A DNA stretch of 64,000 nt. It comes from an uncultured delta proteobacterium (GTDB taxonomy: Bacteria; Myxococcota_A; Polyangia; Fen-1088). Positions 9,136 to 18,728 of this stretch are shown piece by piece. The notes beneath the pieces were generated by a model, which did no database searches, was not told the origin of the DNA, and was given only the letters and a program-made list of their open reading frames with translations. The position numbers and the translations under genes are program-made. Numbering within the stretch: the first letter of the stretch is position 1; each line of letters opens with the position of its first letter. The stretch is from contig CAVWIP010000010.1 of assembly GCA_963755125.1 (NCBI GenBank), forward strand, positions 224,001 to 288,000, written 5' to 3'.

Positions 9136-12100
9136 ATGAGGCGTGACGGATCAGTCAGACGCCTGACGGCAGGGATACGCCGTCGGGCGAATCTTGTCGT
9201 TCGAGGATGGGCCGTCTGCGTTCTGGCATGGACCGCGGGTTGCAGTGTCGACAACAGGGTGGGCGCGTCGACGGACGCTCCGGGGGGGATCGGCTCACCA
9301 GAAGGGGGACCGGCGTCAGCGTCTGACACTCCCCCCATCCTGGTGCTGCCTGAGCTGCGCAACACGGATGGTGGTCTTTGTCCGGCGTTTACCTGCAGCA
9401 CGGGAACCACCCAGTACTGCGGGGATATTGGGGACAGTTGTGGGCAACCCCAGCATTGTGGCGCCTGTCCCACCGGCCAGCAGTGCGAAAACAACGTTTG
9501 CGTGGCCGCAGGAACCGTTTGTCTCACGGGATGCACCGTTGCCGGCGGGACGTATTGTGGAGTGATCGGGGACGGCTGCGGCGGCACGCTCGACTGCGGG
9601 ACTGCGTGCCCACTGACCGGGTGGACGTGCGGCACGGACCATATCTGCAAAGGCGGCCCCACCGTCTGTCAGGCAGACACCTGCGTGGCAGCCTCGGGAG
9701 ACCAATACTGTGGGACCATCGGCGATGGCTGCGGCAACACGCTGGACTGCGGGAATCCCTGTCCCACTGGATGGAATTGTCTCAACAACCTCTGCGTGGG
9801 CCCCGCAGGGGTGTGCAATGCGCTGAAGTGCGCGACGGACAGTGGGGACCACTACTGCGGCGACATCGGGGACGGATGCGGCGGGATCCTGGCCTGCGGG
9901 GACGACTGCCCTGCAGGATGGACCTGCGAGGACCATATGTGCAAGGCGACGCCGCCCGCATGCACCTTGGCGACCTGCGCGACTGCTAGCGGGGATCACT
10001 ATTGCGGACCCATTGGGGACGGATGTGGCGGCACACTCGACTGCGGGGCTGACTGTCCCGTTGGATGGAACTGCGTGAATTCCGTTTGTGTCGGCGGGCC
10101 CCTGGTTTGTCAGCCGGCCACCTGCGACACCGCAGGCGGCGGGCGGTACTGTGGCCAGGTCGGGGACGGATGTGGTGGCACGTTGAACTGCCCGGCGGAT
10201 TGTCTGCAGTCCGGATGGATTTGTCAGGACAATCTATGCATAGGGCCTCCTTCCGTATGCACGAAGATCACCTGTGCGACCGCGAGCGGCGACAACTACT
10301 GCGGGACAGTGGGGGACAACTGCGGTGGGTCGCTCGACTGCGGCACGATCTGTCCCAAGGCCGGCTGGACCTGCGGAACCGACAACATCTGCAAGGGCCC
10401 CCCGGGCGTCTGTATCCCCCTGAGCTGCACCACCTCGGGCGGAGACCACTACTGTGGAACCGTGGGGGATGGGTGCGGCGGCACACTCGACTGTGGAACG
10501 ACCTGTCCTACTGCGGGATGGACCTGCGGAACCGACAACATCTGCAAAGGCGGCCCAACGTGCGTGCCGACAACGTGCGATGCACCGAACGGCGATCACT
10601 ACTGCGGAACCATCGGGGACGGATGCGGCGGGACCCTTGACTGCGGAACCACCTGTCCCAAGGCAGGGTGGACGTGCAGCGACAACATGTGCAAGGCCGA
10701 CTTGACCTCCTGCACGCCGCTGACTTGCGTGGCGTCGAGCGGGGACACCTACTGCGGGGCTATCGGGGACGGCTGTGGCGGAACCCTGGACTGCGGGACC
10801 ACCTGCCCCAAGGCAGGCTGGGTGTGCGAGAACGGTCTCTGCAAGGCAGGTTCCACCGCAAACTGCATAGCCAGAACCTGCACCACGGCCTATGGCGATC
10901 AGTACTGTGGAACCATCGGCGACGGCTGCGGCAACTCAGTGGAATGCGGAACCACATGCGCAAAAGCCGGATGGGCCTGCCAGGACAATTTGTGCAAAGC
11001 AGGTCCCACCGCCAACTGCGTGCCGCTGGCCTGCACGACCGCAAACAACGACCAGTACTGCGGGGACATCGGTGATGGTTGCGGCGGAACGGTACACTGC
11101 GGAACCGCATGCACCAAGGCCGGGTGGACCTGCCAGGACAACCTGTGCAAAGGGGGTCCGACCTCTGGCTGCACGCCGCTCACCTGTCAAACTGCGAGCG
11201 GCGACCAGTACTGCGGCGACATCGGCGATGGCTGTGGCAACTTGCTGGACTGCGGCACAACCTGCGCCAAGAGCGGCTGGACCTGCCAGAACAGTCTGTG
11301 CAAGGGTGGCCCGACCTGCACGCCAGTGACGTGCAATCCGGCCTCGGGCGGCCGATACTGCGGAGTCATCGGCGATGGCTGCGGCAACTCACTCACTTGC
11401 AGCACGGATTGCTCGGCCGCGGGCAGCGCCTGGATCTGCCAGGACAATCTTTGCAAGGGCGGTCCAACCTGCACCCCGTTGACATGCGCCGCGACGAGTG
11501 TGGACAACTACTGCGGGAACATCGGGGATGGCTGTGGCGGGACGCTTTCCTGCAGCGCGACCTGCCCCAAGACCGGATGGGTGTGCAATCAGGGATTGTG
11601 CCAGGCAGGGCCCACCGCCGCCTGCGTCCCGCAGGCGTGCACCACCACAGCCGGGGATCAGTACTGTGGCGACATCGGCGATGGATGCGGATCAACTGCA
11701 CACTGCGGAACCACCTGCGCCAAGCCTGGATGGACCTGCCAGAACAACCTGTGCAAGGCAGGTCCGACCGCTGGCTGCACGCCCCTGACCTGCACGGCAA
11801 GCAGTGGCGACCAGTACTGCGGGGTCATCGGCGACGGCTGCGGCAACTCGCTCGACTGCGGCACCACCTGCACCAAGCCCGGGTGGACCTGTCAGAACAA
11901 TCTCTGTGTAGGCCCGCCTGGTGTGTGCACGCCCCTCACCTGCGCAACCGCGAGTGGTGACCAGTACTGCGGGGTCATCGGTGACGGTTGCGGCAACTCG
12001 CTCGACTGCGGCACCACCTGCCCGAAGACCGGCTGGACCTGCCAGAGCAGTCTGTGCAAGGCAGGTCCGACCGCTGGCTGCACGCCTCTCACCTGCAACC

Positions 12101-14235
12101 CAGCGACCGGCGGCCAGTACTGCGGAACCATCGGCGACGGCTGCGGCAACTCGGTCAATTGCGGCACGGACTGCTCGGCCGCTGGCAGCGGCTGGGTGTG
12201 CGGCAGCAACAACTCCTGCGTGGGCGGGCCTGGCTGCCTGCCAGTTACCTGCAACAACGCCAGCGGCGTGCAGCAGTACTGCGGCAACGTGGGCGACGGC
12301 TGTGGCGCGACGCTGGGCTGCCCGGCGACATGCGCGAATAGCACACCCTGCGGTGCGATCACAGCCAATGTCTGTGAGCCTTGTGGTGGCTTGTGTCTGA
12401 ATCGGGTTCGCTGCAGCGGCACGGCCACCACCAGCATCAGCGGCACAGTGTACGACCCTGCAGGCTACAACCAGCTATACAACGTGATCGTCTCCATCCC
12501 GAACCTCGCGATTGCGACGCTGGACCCGATCACCACAGGTTCGGTGAGTTGCTCCACCTGCGACGGCCAGGTGTCAGGCCAGCCCATTGCCACGGCACTG
12601 ACCGATGCCAATGGGCACTTTCTCCTCAACGACGTGCCCTGGGGTGTTGATATCCCGCTGGTCATGCAACTTGGAAAGTGGCGGCGGCAGATCACGATTC
12701 CCAAGTCGATGGTCACCAACCAGTGTGGGGACAATCCCATCACCGAGACCAAGCCGGTATCGTTGTTGCGCCTGCCCAGGAACATCTACGACGGGGACAA
12801 CAGTGGGCTGTACACCAGTATACCTAAGATCGCCATAGCGGCTGGCTATGCTCGAAGTCCTGACAACACCGCTACCGAGCGCCTGCAGTGCCTGCTTCGT
12901 CGGATAGGCGTCGATGCATCTGAGTTTACCCTGCCCACCGGCTCGGGTTCGGTCCGGCTGTACAATCAGTCGAAGAACTCGGACACGTGCAACACAATAT
13001 CGGGGATCACGGGGACATTCCCTGATGCGACGACGAGTCTTTGGGACAAACAGGCCGATCTGAACCAGTACGACGTCATTCTACTCAACTGTGGCGGCGC
13101 CGAGGAGGATCCCACTTCCACGTCGGGTCAGGCCTTTATTCCAAACCCGACTGCGGTCAATCTGATGCAGGCCTATGTCAATGCCGGTGGCCGCGTGTTT
13201 GCCGAACACTATCACTGGGCATGGATCCGTGGATTCACGGGCTATCCTTCCGTCTTCGGTAATGTGGCAACCTGGTATAATGACCCTGGTGAACCAAACC
13301 CTGGGACCGGGCAAATCGGATCGGTTTCAAGGGACACTCTCATCGACCAATCATTCCCAAAGGGCATCGCGTTTGCTAGCTGGCTGTACAATGTCGGCGC
13401 AACCACGACTCCCGGGCACCTCGCGCTGTCAAGCAGTGTGAAATACACTGCCATTGACCAGATCAGACCGCCCTCGCAGCGATGGATCTTTGAAGCTTTG
13501 CCCACCGATGGCGGTGTTTCGCCCCCGGACGCGGGTTTCACTGGTACGCCAGCGCAATATACACATTACTTTTCTTTCAACACGCCGATAGGCGCGGCCG
13601 AGACAGCCCAGTGCGGGAAGTTTGTCTACACCGCATTGCACGTCAGCGATGCCGCATCGACTGGCTTCCCGGGAGATCCGTCCACGGGCAGCACGGTATT
13701 TCCCACTTGTTGCGCCACTCGCACTGGCCTTTCGCCACAGGAGAAGGCGCTGGAGTTCATGATCTTCGACCTCTCGGGTTGCGTCAGCCCGGTCGAGTTG
13801 CCGCCCACGCCGCCGCCCGCTGCCAGCGCCGCGCCTCCTGCGGCGCCGCCGCCGTCTGCTGCTGCGCCCCCACCGCCGCCACCTCCACCACCCGCGCCGC
13901 CGCCGGCTGCGGCCGCTCCTCCGACGGTTTCGGCACCGCCACCGCCGCCTCCTCCGCCCGCTGCCGTGCCGCCGGCTGCTTCGCCACCGCCGCCGCCGCC
14001 GCCTCCGCCGCCGGCTGCCGCACCGCCGGCTGGCTCAGCACCGCCACCGCCAGGAGCCCCGCCACCGCCCGCTGCGCTGCCGGCTCCGCCTCCACCGCCG
14101 CCGCCGCCCGCGTCTCCGCCGCCATCAGTGCCTCCGGCGGCCGCGCCACCTCCTGCGGCAGCGCCGCCTCCGCCACCACCTCCGGCAGCGCCACCTCCAG
14201 CGCCGCCTCCGCCACAGAATCCGTTTGTCCCATAG
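9136..14235 (+). CDS. Giant Cys-rich repeat lipoprotein 1 (20 repeats, carboxypeptidase-regulatory-like domain, head domain, Pro tail)
   Basis: Lipobox TAGC; repeat CxxxTC..YCGxIGDGCGxxLxCGxxCxxxGWxCxxxxC; TSISGTVYDP..ALTDANGHF; C-terminal EKALEFMIFDLSGC; GAGGA RBS. Confidence 0.9.
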   Translation: MRRDGSVRRLTAGIRRRANLVVRGWAVCVLAWTAGCSVDNRVGASTDAPGGIGSPEGGPASASDTPPILVLPELRNTDGGLCPAFTCSTGTTQYCGDIGDSCGQPQHCGACPTGQQCENNVCVAAGTVCLTGCTVAGGTYCGVIGDGCGGTLDCGTACPLTGWTCGTDHICKGGPTVCQADTCVAASGDQYCGTIGDGCGNTLDCGNPCPTGWNCLNNLCVGPAGVCNALKCATDSGDHYCGDIGDGCGGILACGDDCPAGWTCEDHMCKATPPACTLATCATASGDHYCGPIGDGCGGTLDCGADCPVGWNCVNSVCVGGPLVCQPATCDTAGGGRYCGQVGDGCGGTLNCPADCLQSGWICQDNLCIGPPSVCTKITCATASGDNYCGTVGDNCGGSLDCGTICPKAGWTCGTDNICKGPPGVCIPLSCTTSGGDHYCGTVGDGCGGTLDCGTTCPTAGWTCGTDNICKGGPTCVPTTCDAPNGDHYCGTIGDGCGGTLDCGTTCPKAGWTCSDNMCKADLTSCTPLTCVASSGDTYCGAIGDGCGGTLDCGTTCPKAGWVCENGLCKAGSTANCIARTCTTAYGDQYCGTIGDGCGNSVECGTTCAKAGWACQDNLCKAGPTANCVPLACTTANNDQYCGDIGDGCGGTVHCGTACTKAGWTCQDNLCKGGPTSGCTPLTCQTASGDQYCGDIGDGCGNLLDCGTTCAKSGWTCQNSLCKGGPTCTPVTCNPASGGRYCGVIGDGCGNSLTCSTDCSAAGSAWICQDNLCKGGPTCTPLTCAATSVDNYCGNIGDGCGGTLSCSATCPKTGWVCNQGLCQAGPTAACVPQACTTTAGDQYCGDIGDGCGSTAHCGTTCAKPGWTCQNNLCKAGPTAGCTPLTCTASSGDQYCGVIGDGCGNSLDCGTTCTKPGWTCQNNLCVGPPGVCTPLTCATASGDQYCGVIGDGCGNSLDCGTTCPKTGWTCQSSLCKAGPTAGCTPLTCNPATGGQYCGTIGDGCGNSVNCGTDCSAAGSGWVCGSNNSCVGGPGCLPVTCNNASGVQQYCGNVGDGCGATLGCPATCANSTPCGAITANVCEPCGGLCLNRVRCSGTATTSISGTVYDPAGYNQLYNVIVSIPNLAIATLDPITTGSVSCSTCDGQVSGQPIATALTDANGHFLLNDVPWGVDIPLVMQLGKWRRQITIPKSMVTNQCGDNPITETKPVSLLRLPRNIYDGDNSGLYTSIPKIAIAAGYARSPDNTATERLQCLLRRIGVDASEFTLPTGSGSVRLYNQSKNSDTCNTISGITGTFPDATTSLWDKQADLNQYDVILLNCGGAEEDPTSTSGQAFIPNPTAVNLMQAYVNAGGRVFAEHYHWAWIRGFTGYPSVFGNVATWYNDPGEPNPGTGQIGSVSRDTLIDQSFPKGIAFASWLYNVGATTTPGHLALSSSVKYTAIDQIRPPSQRWIFEALPTDGGVSPPDAGFTGTPAQYTHYFSFNTPIGAAETAQCGKFVYTALHVSDAASTGFPGDPSTGSTVFPTCCATRTGLSPQEKALEFMIFDLSGCVSPVELPPTPPPAASAAPPAAPPPSAAAPPPPPPPPPAPPPAAAAPPTVSAPPPPPPPPAAVPPAASPPPPPPPPPPAAAPPAGSAPPPPGAPPPPAALPAPPPPPPPPASPPPSVPPAAAPPPAAAPPPPPPPAAPPPAPPPPQNPFVP

Positions 14236-14348
14236 TCCGATTTTCCGGCGCGGGCGTTTTCACGCAACCTGCCGGAGCACTCATCAGCAAAGAAAGACAA
14301 CACTTTCATCCCTACACGATTGGACCGTCGGGGAGGAGGGCACGCACA

Positions 14349-17300
14349 ATGACGAGTGACGTGTCGGTCAGCCGTCCGCCGAGACTCAGCTGCGGTTGGG
14401 TGAGGCTTCTCGTCCATGTCTGGGCGATCTCTGTCCTTTCATTAGCCGCGGCCTGCAGCGTCGACGATGTTCCGAATGCGCAAAGAGACGCGCCGGCGGG
14501 GCCCGGAGCGATCGACACGTCGCCGTCAGGTTCAGGCGGAGCAATCCCGAATCTGCCTGAGCCGCCCACAACCGATGGTGGAATCTGTCCGTTACTTGTC
14601 TGCAGCACGGGGACGACCCAGAACTGCGGGGATCTTGTGGACGTCTGCGGACAGACGTTGCGCTGTGGCGCGTGTTCCGCCGACAAGCAGTGCAAGAATA
14701 ATGTGTGCGTGGGGACCGAATGCCTTGCGGGCTGTAACGTTGCGGGCGGGTCGTATTGCGGGTTGATCGGCGACGGCTGCGGTGGTACGCTCGACTGTGG
14801 GACTGCGTGCCCACTGGCCGGGTGGACGTGCGGAGCCGACCACATCTGCAAAGGCGATTCCAGCGTCTGCCAGGCCGATACTTGCGTGGCGGCCTCGGGA
14901 GACCAATACTGTGGGACCATCGGGGATGGCTGCGGCAACACGCTGGACTGCGGGAATCCCTGTCTCACTGGATGGAATTGTGTCAACAACCTCTGCGTGG
15001 GCCTTCCGGGGGTGTGCAGTGCACTAAAGTGCGCCACCGACAGCGGGGACCACTACTGCGGGAACATTGGGGACGGCTGTGGCGGCACGCTCGACTGCGG
15101 GGATGAGTGCCCTGCGGGATGGACGTGCGAGGAACATATGTGCAAGGCGACGCCGCCCGCGTGTATTTTGGCGACCTGCACGACTGCCGGCGGGGACCAT
15201 TATTGCGGGCCGATTGGGGACGGGTGCGGCGGGACGCTCGATTGCGGGACTGGCTGTCCCGCTGGATGGACCTGTGTGAATTCGGTTTGCGTCGGTGGGC
15301 CCCCGGCTTGCACGCCGGCAACCTGCGACACGGCAGGCGGCGGACGGTACTGCGGCCAAGTCGGGGACGGCTGTGGGGGCACGTTGGACTGTCCGACGGA
15401 TTGTCCACAGCCCGGATGGGTGTGTCAGGATAGTCTGTGCGTAGGGCCGCCCTCCGTGTGCACGAAGATCACGTGCGCGACCGCAGGCGGTGATCACTAC
15501 TGCGGCACCGTGGGGGACAATTGCGGTGGGTCGCTTGTGTGCGGGGACGACTGTCCCTTGGGCTGGACCTGCGGACCCGACCAAATCTGCAAGGGGGGCG
15601 TGGACGTCTGTAGCCCCCTGAGCTGCACGACCTTGAGCGGGGATCATTACTGCGGGACCGTGGGGGACGGTTGCGGCGGCACTCTGGCATGTGGCAGCGA
15701 CTGTCCCGCGGGGTGGACCTGTGGACCTGACAACATTTGCAGGGGGGGCGCGGCGTGCATGCCGGTGACATGCGACGCACCCAACGGCGACCACTATTGC
15801 GGGACCATTGGGGACAAGTGCGGCGGCGCGCTTGACTGCGGAACGACCTGTCCTAGGGCCGGGTGGACGTGCAGCAACAACATGTGCAAGGGCGGATCAA
15901 GCTGCACACCACTGACCTGTGCGGCGTCGAGCGTGGACAGCTACTGCGGAGCGATCGGTGACGGCTGTGGCGGCACGCTCGACTGCGCCGCCACCTGCCC
16001 CAAGACAGGCTGGGTGTGCGACAGTGGTCTGTGTAGGGCGGGGCCCACGGCCAATTGCGTGCCGAAGACCTGCACCACGGGGTATGGCGATCAGTATTGC
16101 GGAACCATCGGTGACGGCTGCGGCAACTCACTGAACTGCCAAACCACATGCGCGAAGGCCGGCTGGATCTGCCAGGACAACTTGTGCAAAGCGGGGCCCA
16201 CGGCCAACTGCGTGCCGCAGGCCTGCACCACCGCAAACAGCGACCAGTATTGTGGAACCATCGGCGACGGCTGCGGCAATTCGGTAGACTGCGGAACCGC
16301 GTGCACGAAGACTGGCTGGACCTGCCAGAACAGCCTGTGCCGGGCAGGACCGACCGCTGGCTGTACCTCTCTCACCTGCGCAACCGCGAGCGGCGACCAA
16401 TATTGCGGGATCATCGGCGACGGCTGCGGCAACTCGCTGAACTGCGGGACCACATGCAGCAAGACCGGCTGGACCTGCCAGGACAACCTCTGCAAGGGCC
16501 AGCCGCCGGCCTGCACACCGCTGACCTGCGAACCAGCGACGGGCGGCCAGTACTGCGGGACCATCGGCGACGGCTGCGGCAACTCGCTGGATTGCGGCGC
16601 GGACTGCTCGGCTGCGGGCAGCGGTTGGGTGTGCGGCGGCCAGAACGCCTGCGTGGGTGGGGCCGACTGCGTGAAGATCACCTGCAACGACGCCAACGGC
16701 GTGCAGCAGTACTGCGGCGACATCGGCGACGGCTGCGGCGGCACCGTGAGCTGCCCGGTGGCATGCTCGAACGGCTTGCCCTGTGGCGGGATCTCGGCCC
16801 ATGTTTGCGACAGTTGCGCCAACCTGTGCCTGAAGCAGGTTCGCTGCGACGGCGGGGCCACCACCAGCATCAGCGGCACGGTGTACGACCCCGCGGGGCT
16901 GAACCCGCTCTACAACGTCATTGTGTCGATACCGAACGCGGCGCTGGACACGATCCCTGCTGGCGCCAGTTGCGCCTCTTGCGACGCCCAGGTATCGGGC
17001 CAGCCCATTGCCACGGCGTTGACCGACTCCAGCGGACACTTTGTCCTCAACAACGTGCCGTGGGGCACGGATTTCCCTCTGGTCATGCAACTCGGCAAGT
17101 GGCGGCGCCAGGTGACCATTCCTGCGACGATGGTCATCCACCCGTGTGCCGACAATCCCATCATCGACAACCCACCGGACGCGGGAACGCTGCCCGACAG
17201 ATTGTTGCGCCTGCCCAGGAACATCCACGACGGGGACAACAATGGCCAGTACACCAGCATGCCCAAGATCGCCATCACTACGGGTCAGATCGACGCCCTC

Positions 17301-18509
17301 GAGTGTCTGCTGACCCGCGCCGGCATCGACACCGCCGAATTCACGAATCCGGCAGGAAGCGGGCACATCAATCTCTACAGCCTCCTTTCCGCTACGGATA
17401 CGAGCGGGGACAACGGGGCCACCAAGTACGCCGGAACCGGCGGCGCTACCTTCCCGGTCGCCACAACGCTATTCGACTCGGTGACGACTGAACAGACCTA
17501 CGACATCATCATCGTCAACTGTGCCGGCTCCAACTACCTCAATGCAGGGAGCGGGCAATACGTGACCGAGGCCCGCCGCCAGAACCTGAAGACGTATGTC
17601 GACGGCGGTGGCAAGGTCTTCCTCGAACACTACTTTGCCAGCTTTCTGAGGTCGACGAGCACACTCGCGGCACCCTATGGCGAACTGGCGACGTGGGACG
17701 GGACACTGGGCACCGCGATTGCGACTGCTGACCTGACGACACGCATTGATCAGTCCTTTGCCAAGGGACTGGCGTTTGCGCAGTGGTTGCAGGCCGTGCA
17801 GGCCACGACAACCCTGGGCAGCCTGCAACTCAGCAACTCCAGCAATAACTCGCTGAAATCGAAGTACACCGCCAAGGTGACCAGCGCGCCGGCCACGCGC
17901 TGGATCTTCAACCCGGTTTCCAGCACGGATAGTACATCGAGCCATGTCCACTACTTCGACTTGCTCACCCCGACTGATCAGACCGCCAAGTGTGGCCGCA
18001 TTGTCTACACAGGAATACACGTTTCTTCGTCCAGTTCCGGCGCGGATCAGGATGCCGTGCGGGTGCTCGGTGGTACACCCGTGTTTCCGAGCGAATGCAA
18101 GGTCCGCCCGCTCAACAGCCAGGAAAAGGCGATGGAGTTCATGTTCTTCGACCTTTCCGGGTGCGTGAACCCCGCCGAGTCGCCCCCCACACCGCCGCCG
18201 CCAGTCGGGGCCACGGCGCCTGCCGCGCCGCCGCCGCCTGCCGCGCCACCACCGCCACCGCCGCCGCCGCCAGCAGCGCCGCCTCCCGCGGCCTCGCCGC
18301 CGGCCGCCTCAGCCCCACCGCCACCAGGAGCACCGCCGCCGCCGGCCGCCCTCCCGGCCCCGCCACCGCCACCGCCACCACCCGCATCCCCGCCACCATC
18401 GGTGCCTCCTGCGGCAGCGCCGCCTCCTGCGGCTGCCCCACCCCCTCCCCCACCACCTCCTGCGCCACCTCCGGCGCAGCCGCCGCCCAATATCCCCTAC
18501 ATCCCCTAG
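14349..18509 (+). CDS. Giant Cys-rich repeat lipoprotein 2 (15 repeats, divergent head domain, Pro tail)
   Basis: GGAGGAGG RBS before ATG 14349; lipobox AAAC; same architecture as gene 1. Confidence 0.9.
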   Translation: MTSDVSVSRPPRLSCGWVRLLVHVWAISVLSLAAACSVDDVPNAQRDAPAGPGAIDTSPSGSGGAIPNLPEPPTTDGGICPLLVCSTGTTQNCGDLVDVCGQTLRCGACSADKQCKNNVCVGTECLAGCNVAGGSYCGLIGDGCGGTLDCGTACPLAGWTCGADHICKGDSSVCQADTCVAASGDQYCGTIGDGCGNTLDCGNPCLTGWNCVNNLCVGLPGVCSALKCATDSGDHYCGNIGDGCGGTLDCGDECPAGWTCEEHMCKATPPACILATCTTAGGDHYCGPIGDGCGGTLDCGTGCPAGWTCVNSVCVGGPPACTPATCDTAGGGRYCGQVGDGCGGTLDCPTDCPQPGWVCQDSLCVGPPSVCTKITCATAGGDHYCGTVGDNCGGSLVCGDDCPLGWTCGPDQICKGGVDVCSPLSCTTLSGDHYCGTVGDGCGGTLACGSDCPAGWTCGPDNICRGGAACMPVTCDAPNGDHYCGTIGDKCGGALDCGTTCPRAGWTCSNNMCKGGSSCTPLTCAASSVDSYCGAIGDGCGGTLDCAATCPKTGWVCDSGLCRAGPTANCVPKTCTTGYGDQYCGTIGDGCGNSLNCQTTCAKAGWICQDNLCKAGPTANCVPQACTTANSDQYCGTIGDGCGNSVDCGTACTKTGWTCQNSLCRAGPTAGCTSLTCATASGDQYCGIIGDGCGNSLNCGTTCSKTGWTCQDNLCKGQPPACTPLTCEPATGGQYCGTIGDGCGNSLDCGADCSAAGSGWVCGGQNACVGGADCVKITCNDANGVQQYCGDIGDGCGGTVSCPVACSNGLPCGGISAHVCDSCANLCLKQVRCDGGATTSISGTVYDPAGLNPLYNVIVSIPNAALDTIPAGASCASCDAQVSGQPIATALTDSSGHFVLNNVPWGTDFPLVMQLGKWRRQVTIPATMVIHPCADNPIIDNPPDAGTLPDRLLRLPRNIHDGDNNGQYTSMPKIAITTGQIDALECLLTRAGIDTAEFTNPAGSGHINLYSLLSATDTSGDNGATKYAGTGGATFPVATTLFDSVTTEQTYDIIIVNCAGSNYLNAGSGQYVTEARRQNLKTYVDGGGKVFLEHYFASFLRSTSTLAAPYGELATWDGTLGTAIATADLTTRIDQSFAKGLAFAQWLQAVQATTTLGSLQLSNSSNNSLKSKYTAKVTSAPATRWIFNPVSSTDSTSSHVHYFDLLTPTDQTAKCGRIVYTGIHVSSSSSGADQDAVRVLGGTPVFPSECKVRPLNSQEKAMEFMFFDLSGCVNPAESPPTPPPPVGATAPAAPPPPAAPPPPPPPPPAAPPPAASPPAASAPPPPGAPPPPAALPAPPPPPPPPASPPPSVPPAAAPPPAAAPPPPPPPPAPPPAQPPPNIPYIP

Positions 18510-18583
18510 TCGCGTGGGGAGTCCGGCGGCTTCGCCGGCGGCGCACTCATGGGAGGGCATGGGAATCCTTTCAGGGTTCCCAT
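18510..18583 (+). repeat. Palindromic intergenic repeat, short copy (B)
   Basis: Matches both ends of the reverse complement of 38791-38933; ends in hairpin ATGGGAATCCTTTCAGGGTTCCCAT. Confidence 0.75.
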
Positions 18584-18664
18584 ATCAGAGCACTTTCGTG
18601 GCGCGATGGTTCTCGCGCAACATGTTGGTGCCTGCATCAGGCACGCGAGACCGCGCGTTCATCC

Positions 18665-18694
18665 TTGCACGATCGCAGCGCCGAGGGGTACGCT
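18665..18694 (+). promoter_or_regulatory. Putative sigma70-type promoter of Cys-rich gene 3
   Basis: TTGCAC-N18-TACGCT, same layout as 9075-9104. Confidence 0.6.
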
Positions 18695-18728
18695 TGACCC
18701 AGGAAGCAGTGACGAGAGGCAACATCTA

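Noticed and set aside
13611..14348. N-terminal extension of the 1632-aa ORF
   Set aside because: Off-frame reading of gene 1's Pro tail; RBS and signal peptide point to ATG 14349
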